Origin: Trichoplax sp. H2 | Lineage: Eukaryota | Direction of reading: 5' to 3' | DNA: 64,000 nucleotides | NCBI GenBank assembly: GCA_003344405.1 | Contig: NOWV01000221.1 | Coordinates: forward strand, 1 to 64,000 | Shown here: positions 53,532 through 64,000 of the stretch, piece by piece | Numbering within the stretch: the stretch's first letter is position 1 | Layout: every line of letters starts with the position of its first letter | The notes under the pieces: model-generated | Database searches by the model: none | The model's input: the letters and a program-made list of their open reading frames with translations, nothing else | Told to the model about the DNA's origin: nothing | Program-made: the position numbers and the translations under genes

Positions 53532-55906
53532 TGGTTATAAAATTTAACAGAATCTTAAAAAATATTAGCTGTTGTTTATATCACTAAATATACATTTTAC
53601 CGAATGCGAGCGTGCGCGTGTAGAATTGATTATTAGTACTGTAATTTTATTATCTTACATCAATCATATTCACTATTGTATAGCTATGAAAGTAATAAAT
53701 TGAAATTAATTGCCATCACAATTTACTTTGATGATCTTGGCGATGGTATGAACGGTAATTCATAAACTTAAAGTTCTTAAACAGCAAAATGAGTTTACTG
53801 TTTACCGTATCATTTATTTTTTGATTATTTCGATTCTAAAGATACTAACTGAATAGCACTAGAGGTAGCGTTATTAAAAATATTTTATGATTTTATCTGT
53901 AACTTTTAAAATAAATATCCAACAATTGTTTCATATTATTCTTAAGAGTATGCAATGCTAACATTCATTTAGCTATTAAATTTAAATTTAAACTTAGCTC
54001 TCATTACCGAATAAACATTGAGTCAGCCTAATTTGATGTACTTTTTATTGACTGGAAGTATTTTCAAGCAGTAAGCTATTAATTCATATATCAATTTAAT
54101 TTCGATCAGCTTTTAAAAAAATTTAGCACTTACTACTACGCTAAGCATTGTATTGCAATGTATGTAGTTCTATAAATGAACTATCTCTTATCTATAATAA
54201 AATTAGATTATCGCGACGCTAATTATTTTATATGCGATATACTTAGATATTATTTTATCATCAAAAGACCTTGATAAAGTATTTGATATTTAGATAATTA
54301 TGTAATTTGGTAATTTGATTAGAATAACTTTAGTGTAATTCCTAAATTCACATTAGTGTTTAAGACTGTTCATCTGCGAGTTACAGACTAGTGAAACATA
54401 AATCCATGTACGTTTATCGTAGTAGTTACTTAGTGTTTTTTACGTTATTTATAATAGCCTAATTTAGAATTTGTTATATCATTCAGCCAAAAGCAGCCTT
54501 TTAATCTTGTCGTATTGTTTTATTCGATAAATTTAATTCTGTTTTAAAATTCAGTACATCAAATCAGAAGTAATTAACGTATAATTTTGCATGTTAAATT
54601 GCTAGTAAAGGCATATTTATGCGCTGACATTCCCTTCAACTTTTGCTCAAAGTTCAATAATTGTAGCAAGTTAGATAGAAAGAGATACAGATTGTATTCA
54701 ATGCTTTGGTTCATACATTATTGGGAAGAAATTACGAACGTTACAGCTCTGGTATAGTTAATCAACCAGTTAAACGAATAAATGTTATTGAAAATTGTTA
54801 CTCAGTACAGTATCTTTCATATACATATTTCTGTTAGTCGTCATTATATCTACATGTATATCAGGATATGCTTGTTTTTGCATTCTACCTTAAACTCAAG
54901 CAATAGCATGCTGCCGATGTGAATAAATTTTAGTTTCTGGATTAATAACGATAGCAATATTACTAAGATGCATTAAACATTTTACAAATATTAATGTAAA
55001 ATATGGGAAAAATTATTGTTTTCATGTTTATAGATCATGCAGCGTTAATTGCAATTACTGTTCATATCTCAAACCGTTAACTATGAGAGTTACTTTCACA
55101 GGTTATTAATTTTTATACTAATAAATCAGTCTAATAGAGCAAAGTGTAAGTACATAACATATATTTTGCCTAAATTGTTCAATAAAGCTAGTTAACTTTA
55201 GTTACATAGATGAAAACAGCACAGTTAATTTTCTATGATTGAAAGTTTAAAAATAAATGGAAAGGCGTTACTAGTGTAGCAAATAAAAACGCAGGATAAC
55301 AGAGCAATTTAAAATTTCTACGCAATCTATTTTTCGTGTCTAGTTCCGCATACTATATAACATGCATTAGAAGCTAAAAGTATAGCTAATCGTTCAGCAG
55401 TATCCAATTGAGCTATTCTATGATTTTGTATAGCTAATATTACAGAATCAGTAATATCAAATTAGCATATTTTATAATCCACAATAACTGGCAGCATTAA
55501 TACATTTAGCATACAAAGGAATAATTGATCATAAAAACCATATGTTGCTCTAGTAGAAATTATCAGCTATTAGAAGCAACCTATTCATCATCTTCTATAA
55601 CTTACTGCAATATTCATTAAAGCAAATTTCATCATAAACCAATTCAGAATAATGATGAAGTCAATTCCTAATTACTCTTATGGCAATAAATATATAGCAT
55701 TACATTCACTTGTTCTTACGTTAGGAGTTAAATTTGATCTTTGGTTATGCGATAAAATGTAAAATTAGATCATATCATGTTTATAAATGCCTTATTCAAG
55801 GCAATATTCAGGATTTTGATTTTATTCGAAATCGATTACATTTACGATTAATGATCAAATCTATCACTTCACTACATGAACCTCAAGTGGCAGTTTTCGT
55901 CTTGAA

Positions 55907-57799
55907 TTAAAACAGCAGACCGTGTTCTTTAATATTTTTTTGTAGTATAACGTCGGTTACTGCCGCAAATACAAATACTATATTTTCTGTATCGGTAGCA
56001 CACGTGAAATGAGAATAGATGGTCTTTTCTTTCCCATTACTATTGAGAGATATAAATTTCTTTTGTATATAGCTTGTTGTTTCTTCATAACTATTTGTTC
56101 CTAAAATTTAAGCGCAATTATAGGTTAGTGTATAGTTTTTTATGCTTAATTCAAGAAATAGATTTTGTGTATTAACGAATTATCTAAACTAATTATAGCT
56201 CAGACTGTGCTTCCTAGATAATTATAGCTCATTTATTCTTTGCAATGGTTCATATTACAGTTTTTTACCATTATATTCCGGAAAACAAGTGGTAATAGGA
56301 GATTTTCTAATTTTTTCTTTAAAGATATCAGTCTTGTTTAAGAATAATATGATAGAGGTTTTCTTAAACCATTGATTATTACAGACTGAATCGAATAAAT
56401 TTAGGCTTTCTTTCATTCGATTCTAATAGTTTTTTAATGAAACATGTATGTATTAGCGTTTAAAATATGATAATATTAAAAATGCTATCAGCTGTAGCTA
56501 AACATATTCGAAGATTACAACTAATTTTCATCCATTTTACCGTGAAATAGTCTTCCTGCAAGACCAAATCATATGCACTTAAAGCCGCGCAAAATATAAC
56601 TGCAGTAACATTTTCAAAACAGTGTATCCATTTCCTTCTTTCACTACGCTGTCCACCGACATCGATCATTCTAGTTTGAGAAAGTAATCGGTAGAAATAG
56701 AAGATAAAAGTCTATTACGTAGCCTTTGACGATAAAGTATGGCGATTGGCAGTTATGTAATGTAGTTATGAGTAAACAGAGCAGAAATTGATGAGTGTAA
56801 TGGAGAATATAGTGAAATCGACTACAATATTATTGCCGACTAAAAATTTACCTACAAGTAATTCTATATTGATATCTTACTTAAACTCAAGACCCTTGTA
56901 TTCGAATTCTGTTTCTTTAATAGAGCTGGTTTTAACCCTTGCTCGTAATATATCTTGCTCCGATGGTAAATAAGAATCTTGTACTAGGCGATCTAAGTCA
57001 TCTAGATAGCTAAAATAAATCGTGTTTCGTTAATACTGCAAAAGTTCCATTACCAATTCCGTCACTTTGTCTACTTGTTTATACCGTACTTATTGGACAT
57101 CGTATAAAAATTTATTATTAACTTGGTACAGATCTAGCAATTATACTGTATAGCCTCCATGAAATTTTTATATTCATTTACAGTAGTCATCGAATTTAAT
57201 AGTTTATATGCATTCATTTTCCTTACTATGATGCAGAATCCATTAACTGATATTCTCTAGAGCGATTAAAACATTTCTGTACATCAGGATCATTCCACAA
57301 TCGTTTCATAATCTTTTTTAACTCTGGCGTAACTTCATCAGGACTATCATATATTAATCTTAGAAAATCTTCAGCATCGATCTAATTGGACAAATCAATA
57401 TTTCATTTTAATAACTTTTATTAAATTATCTATTTCTGCAATGAGCACTCCAACGATAATACTCACCTTTGTATGAGAACGTGAAATATCGATTTTTAAA
57501 ACTTTCATAGCTTCAATAATTGCTTTTAACGAATAAATAGCATTACAATGGATTATTGATTTATATTGCTGTCGATCTTCATCTGAATAGCCACTTTCAT
57601 GGATAATCCTATATAAAATATATCGCAAGATAGATATGATAGAAGGGCATTATTGATATTATTTCATTCAGTAGCTCAAAACATTTAATGGTTATTACTA
57701 GAAATAATGCAGAGTTGTAATTTAGAACATAGTAAAGAATTTTATTGATTTCGTACCGCATTTGCTTGGCAATTGTACTTTTACCAGATTCACCAGCGC
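55907..57799 (-). CDS. GNAI: Heterotrimeric G-protein alpha subunit, Gi/o family, divergent; exons 2-8 (5' partial)
   Basis: Exons 57799-57757, 57608-57467, 57381-57227, 57009-56881, 56670-56541, 56422-56269, 56100-55907. Sizes 43/142/155/129/130/154 nt follow the conserved GNAI/GNAO layout. Motifs [42 protein letters not shown]; ends NIKEHGLLF*. Symbol denotes the family, not a specific ortholog. Confidence 0.93.
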
Positions 57800-60700
57800 C
57801 TATTAATTAATAATTTGAACCAATACGTAAAATTAGCAAATTGAAGTTGTAATTTTAATAGTAATGGGAGATGACCAACACTAATTCTTTAAGCTACACC
57901 TAGTGAACCAGTATTGTACTACTGTTACATCAGTAATGAAATAAGAATAGATAAATTCTGAAAGAAAATTATTTGCTATCATCCAATAGTTCAATGATTC
58001 GGCAGAACCGAATCATGTGGAACTGATTAACTTTCCTATCTATATGCTCATCGCTGATGAAGAGGTGATGCAAATAAATTTTATAAAAATGCTCTACTAT
58101 ACAAGACTGTAAATTAAATAGCACATTTGATTAATTTTATTTTTTGTAATTTCTATTTGATAACTGAAAGCAGATATTTCAAAACTATACAAGTTATTTT
58201 ATAAGCTTCATCATTATAAATTCTGAAAAGTAAGAGTAGATAAGAGTGGAATAGTTACATGAAAGATGTTTTTTATTTACGTTGATTAAATCGTTATTTA
58301 TTAGTAGTCGATTTCAAAGACGTAAAAGTTCCTAATGCGCCTTATGAGTCTTGATACACGATATTTCTTATTTCACTCAAGGGCCAACTAGAAATTTTAA
58401 TGTCGTCATATGTTATGCATAAATAGAGTATTATTATACTTGTTTGTTTGTTAAGACAGCACTCCATAAACATTGACAAATGACATTAGAATGAGTAAAA
58501 AATTGTCTTTCAATGTTTGATACTAAGCAAAAACGTTGACTTTCTTTTAAGGAATCGTCAATTTTTTATTGAAATATATGCCAAACGTTTTACGTATTTA
58601 AAATAATTAACCAGCTATAAATTAATGATAACCTGCAGCTATGACTACTTTCTTAAAAGGGATAACAATAATAACAATATCACAAACAACAACAACAAGG
58701 AAAGAAGAATAGCTGTATCAGTTGGTTAAAACTACTGTATGCTGGCCTTCTTGGTGTAGTCTGAAATGTCTATACAGTATTTGAGATTTCATTACTAATA
58801 ATGATATTTAAATCAAGTATTACGAAATCGATAGTTTAGACCATAAAATTGTTCAAACTTGTATAAAAATTCGAAATGAGACTATTTTACTTAGAGTTTT
58901 CCCACAGTCTTTATTAAAAATCAAATCGTAATGCCGCTCATATTTATTCTAATGCCATTTGCTAGAAAAGGAAAGTCTAGCCTGTAGTAAACTTAAGATC
59001 AGATCTAGTTATGGCCAATTCATTGCAATCCTTAGAAAAGAGGTATAAAGCTTGTAATTGTAATTTTTTAATCATTAAAGCAATTCAGAAAGCATAAATT
59101 ATACTAAGAAAGTAATGGGTTCAAAAACGATCAAGATCTAATCCATGATATAGGTGCCAGATTGACAATTTGTTAAATTTGGGGAATTTATGATGAAATT
59201 AAGTAAGCAACAAACTACTCTTTCGAAATGATTTTACAAGTATCTAGTCTTGCTAATTCTAATGTAAATTATGAGATAGATACTCATTTGCGCAACTAAC
59301 TGGCTAAGTCCTGAATTATATCTATACCAGATTATATCATCACACAAATAAACACTATAAGATATTCCGGTTAAAACACTGCCCTTTCCAAGTAAATGCT
59401 TAGAATATATTCTTGTAGTACAATAAACTATCCTAAGTGTAATAGATCGCATGTTTTTATCCAACATCTACATCGATATTTATTTCAAGGGCAACTTAAT
59501 ACCTACGAGTATAGTAATATGATAACGCATCTCTAAAACGATAATGTAGGTAGTTGGACTACAAGATTACCTAAGTATTTATTCAAGGAAATGAAATTTA
59601 GTATACTGTATAAATTGTATTATTTTGGCAGTGATGCCTCTATTAGGCCTATAAGTGATTACTAGATTAGGCTAACAGGAGCTGGCTTTCAATTGGAGCC
59701 ACTAGAGCAACATAAGCGTAATTAGATAGCAGCTCGACAAGCTAAACCACTCCAGTAATTCTAAGAAAAATTGTCACCCGATTATACAGCATAAAGTATA
59801 TAAAGTAAATCCCCTGCCGCTAGAGATGTAATTATTAAATTGCATATCGGTAGAAGAACGAATTTATATCATACTCGCACAGCGAAGTTAAGAAAAAATT
59901 AAATTTTTTGTCATTTTTTCGATGTATATTGCTGCTTTAAGCTTCATATCGTTTACTACTGTATGCTTATTTTATTTCTAAGAAAGGACTGTAAATATTT
60001 TATGATATCCTTCACTTACGCGGATATAAATTTATGTCACGGATTTAAAACTAAATTAGCTGCTCTAATTTTAGTTGCCTATCTGCCCTCAATCCTATCT
60101 CTAGAAATCGTAATCTTTCATGTGCCTTTTCTTTCTACTACGCTCCGTCCTCTTATATATTTGTTCTTGCTTGCCTATAAACTGAGTCTCACTTAATTGC
60201 TGCCACTAAGCCGAACGATATTTTCCTGTCGTCTTGATCTACCTTGTAGTACATAATCAAGAGATCTTAGTCATAATATAACTAGAGAAAATTTAAACCC
60301 GTCTTTGCCCTGAATCAACACTGATTATGGGTTGAAACCTATGTATTTCTAGTCAAAAAATTCCATATCTTTCCGTACAATTAAAGTATATTTAAAGCCT
60401 GTTCAGCTTCCATACATTTTAAAATAAGGCTTTTGGCGATAGCGCTTAATCAACTCTAATGACACGGTTTATATTAATTCAAAGTTTCCTTAGCCGGAGC
60501 GTAGGCTCTTATGTACTGGTATATGCTCCGATTGCAAATATACTTTTAACTTGCAATTATTTTGTGTAAGTTTCTTTCTTGCTTACAATTTAAACTAATG
60601 ACTACTAACACATGTAGACTAGCATACTAACATACTGGATAGCAAACAAAGTCTCGTCAGATGTAACGGTATTTATTGTTATTTATTCAGTATTGTACTG

Positions 60701-63700
60701 TAGGGATACAGAATTAATTAGAATATGGTATATTATGCATGCGTGCTGAAAAGGGGATTTGATGCGGAAATAATATCCCACAATGTGCAATGGATTAGCT
60801 GTAGAATTAAAGAAAATTATTGTAGCCCACCTTCCATACTACAGTTCGAATACTGGGAATAATAATGCGATGAATGATTGAGTTTACAAAAAGATTTTAG
60901 AGGCTATCGTTACTACCCATGATATTCCGATGAAAACATACGCGATATGTTCATGATCTGTTCTTGAACTGGTCGTTCCTAGATTAAATTCACGATAACT
61001 AAATATCTTCATCGTTGGCATCAATATGATATTGAACAGTTTTTTGACGAAACAGTTCGGGCTTTCTCGAAGCCCCTTTATCCCCTCTTCAATCAAATTT
61101 CTATTTATGAATGCTATCAAATACTTTTACTTCATGACAATAGACCAATAAACTATATTATAGGTATTTATACATAGATATCTATAATCCTGCACAAAGA
61201 TTAACTCCTTAAACTCCTATAGAAATTCTTTCATGATAGTAACCTACTAACAGAGGAAGTAACAAATTACAGCATTGCTGAAATGGATTATAATGTTAAT
61301 GGTTACTACTAACAAAACATGGATAGAATACTCATAGTGTCTCTGCTATTTTAATTCTCTATGAATAAGTATATAGCTAAGAATAAAATATGATTTGTAA
61401 GCGTTTATCGATTTGTAGGACTTGAACTGTTGTCTACATGTGAGTGAAGGCGGCAACATTTCGTGATAATGATTTTGATTACTCTAACACTGACCTAGTT
61501 TTAAGAACAGTTAATCAGTAACATTTCATGCTGTAACTATAATATACATTCTTAGCTAATAAAAATGAAGAAATGAGCTAGCGATTGATATACGAGTATT
61601 TTCAGAGTCAACATAATGGTATATTTCCGCTTAGAACAGTGCTACAGTTAGGTAGAGGTGTATTGTAATATCAAAAGCTAAAAATTTCTACTAGCGTAAA
61701 ACTATCTGCAACGCCGCATTTTATTGTACAATAATATACCAACTTCCATCATTTTGCTAATCAGGTGAGGAAAGTTATTAAATTCAGTACTGAATCAATA
61801 CTATTTCATTTAACAGTAACTTTATTACCGAATAAATGAAGAAAAACAAAGAATTGAGTTTAATACTTAGAATCAAAAACATGTCATTTCGATATTGAAT
61901 TCACGAAGGACTGATAGTAAAAAGCAGTCATATTTCTATTTTAGCCTTTTATACATGAACAATAAACCTATCAGTTGATTGCATACGATCAGTCATAAGC
62001 TAGATTATAGTCGAATAGTGTAATTTAAAATCCTAATCTATGTGAAATAAATTTTTTTTCATTTGCTTCATTACGTAGAATAAAAGTATTTACTTCATCT
62101 ATTTTACGATTTCCTATTACAGATATCTACGAATAAATAGTTTCAATAAACTTAGACAAGTGCTCTTAAACTAAGGAGTAGAGAGAAGGAGAAGATAAAA
62201 AGTCAATTGACTATAGTATTGCGTGTTTAAAATCTCATTTATTCGAAGTATGACATCAAATTATACCCGTATTAGCTTAATACCATAGAGAGTAAGATTG
62301 TTTATAATATTGTATAGCTATAGCCTTATCGATATTATTGGAATATAGTTGTTGAAATGTGTCAAAAATGTAACTATTACTAAAATTGGAAAGCTTGATT
62401 ATCTGTAGTATTCAACTTTATATAATGTAGTAAATGGAACAATAAGTTGAAAACGCTTTTCAGCTGCTACGATATAGATTTAGTGAGCATTGGATATGAA
62501 GCATGAAAATTTTAACGTTATGATAGAAACAGAGTTCAATTTCTGATCAAGCATCTCAGATACCGTGATATAATGCAATATTGAATTAATTTATTAATAA
62601 TATTCTTCTGCCTACGAGATATTACCCGTGGGAAAAAATGTCATCGAAAATTGTTATCACACAGTTTTGAGGAACCAATTACTAACAAATAGTTCGACAT
62701 AGAATAAGAAACGGATCGCTGCTATAATTTTCCTTGATAGGATTGCCAACTAATCTTGTATGCCCGTGTATTAATACCATTTTAGAAAGGTATTTCATTA
62801 TCATGACTTATATCTTTTATTCTTAGGGTGACAATTACTTCATAATTTTAATACTGTTACTATCACATTTCGATATGCATGATTATTCTTTATAGCATTT
62901 TATTAATAGCTTTATTTTCTTCTATTTCTACCGTCTCATTCGTAAAATTGCTTGAGCAAATTCTTGGATGATAAGTGAAACAAATCAAAGTGTTTTTCTG
63001 TTGTTGAATAATGGTAATCTAACGTAGCGTAATTCAGTGGCCTACTTTCTTAGCTTCCTTTACCTCATGCTGGTATAGTAGTTTTGCATACGTACAGTTA
63101 AAACTAATAGATGCGTTAATTTGCTTCTTTTTATATTTCTGAACATGAGTTTTTTCTTCATATTCAATTCCTTAATATTAGCAGGTCTACCAATGACAGA
63201 CATGACCATATTGATGGCAGTTATAAATAAACAATATTATAGTGAAATGTACTTAACTTTTAATGAGACAAGCAAATGTATAACCTGTAAAATAAACTAC
63301 TTTCCACGATGGTATACAAATCAATTCATAGTTTATCTAGACAGGAAAGGATGAGAGTTTATAAATTTAGTCCAGCCTTTTCTAGCGTTTGAAATAAATT
63401 CATATCTATGGAACAGATATCATGAAACAATCTTTATGAGGATTATAATTCTGCAACTCCAATGCTAGGTGCTAAGTATGGATGCAGTTGAGCTTTAATA
63501 TTACAATTACGGTACGATTTCACGTTATATATGAACGAGGCCTACCCATCTTTAATAGGATTTACTATTATATAAAAGATTCATGTCAAGATTGAGTGTA
63601 AGAAAGTGTACTTGTTGATTAACGATTCTAAGTTCCATACGTAAAGATAGTTTTAACTAGAAAGTTCAATTTATGGGCTTCATCTCGACATTCAATTCAT

Positions 63701-64000
63701 TTTTTGAGATATTTTAATATGAAATCCATAGAATAAATAGGCTAAGAAGTATATCATCAGTTCCTTGAACGAACAATTACATCAAGAGAAAATGTGTTCA
63801 TCGATTTGAATCATAAAAACTAATGCGTAAAATTTTTGATATAGCCGATCGTTCACAAAGTCCATAATGGATAATTATTTCTTAGTAAATACATTCAAGA
63901 CACAAAAGGAAAAATAATACCGATTGCCATTCTCCGAAGATAGGATCAGTATCAATACTTTAAAACGTTATCCTATCCCTATATGTTTAATGCGTAATCA

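Noticed and set aside
17214..56973. Antisense or off-frame ORFs overlapping real exons (17214-17477, 28472-28705, 31528-31713, 33542-33724, 37503-37712, 52435-52638, 56788-56973)
   Set aside because: Explained by coding sequence on the opposite strand or another frame.
60884..61120. Minus ORF containing INRNLIEEGIKGLRE, resembling G-alpha exon 1 (IDRNLREDGEKAARE)
   Set aside because: In-frame stop just upstream, no MGC start and no KLLLLG|gt donor; most likely coincidence, though a decayed exon cannot be excluded.
59769..62836. 11-bp inverted pair AATTGTCACCC / GGGTGACAATT about 3 kb apart as transposon TIRs
   Set aside because: No TSD or transposase ORF between them; such short matches are expected by chance at this distance.
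59234..63354. Short ORFs 59234-59467, 59963-60196, 63121-63354
   Set aside because: I/L/F/Y-biased translations typical of random AT-rich DNA; no domain or splice support.

Overview
AT-rich, intron-dense eukaryotic DNA with short GT-AG introns and four 20-N scaffold gaps. Gene style suggests an early-branching animal, possibly a placozoan such as Trichoplax (inference only). Four genes are supported. (1) A ~17-exon minus-strand gene (12391->2489) encodes a ~1,600-aa secreted protein: signal peptide, Cys-rich/EGF module, cadherin-like domain, RWKR furin site, beta-rich repeats and a Ser/Thr mucin-like tract. (2) An intronless tropomyosin-like coiled-coil CDS (17203-17994). (3) A complete DNAH3-type inner-arm axonemal dynein heavy chain (~23977-53531, roughly 97 exons by manual count, two GC-AG introns, upstream RFX X-box-like motif). 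(4) Exons 2-8 of a divergent G-alpha i/o subunit (57799->55907; exon 1 not found). Highlights: the G-alpha naturally carries the switch-I Gly->Ser change known to confer RGS insensitivity and lacks the pertussis-toxin Cys. At three gap-flanking allelic duplications the allele-specific sequence starts or ends exactly at TGTCAC/GTGACA, pointing to heterozygous LTR- or Ginger-type insertions. A haplotype-specific perfect 29-bp fold-back sits at an indel breakpoint upstream of the dynein gene. All exon models were built by eye.
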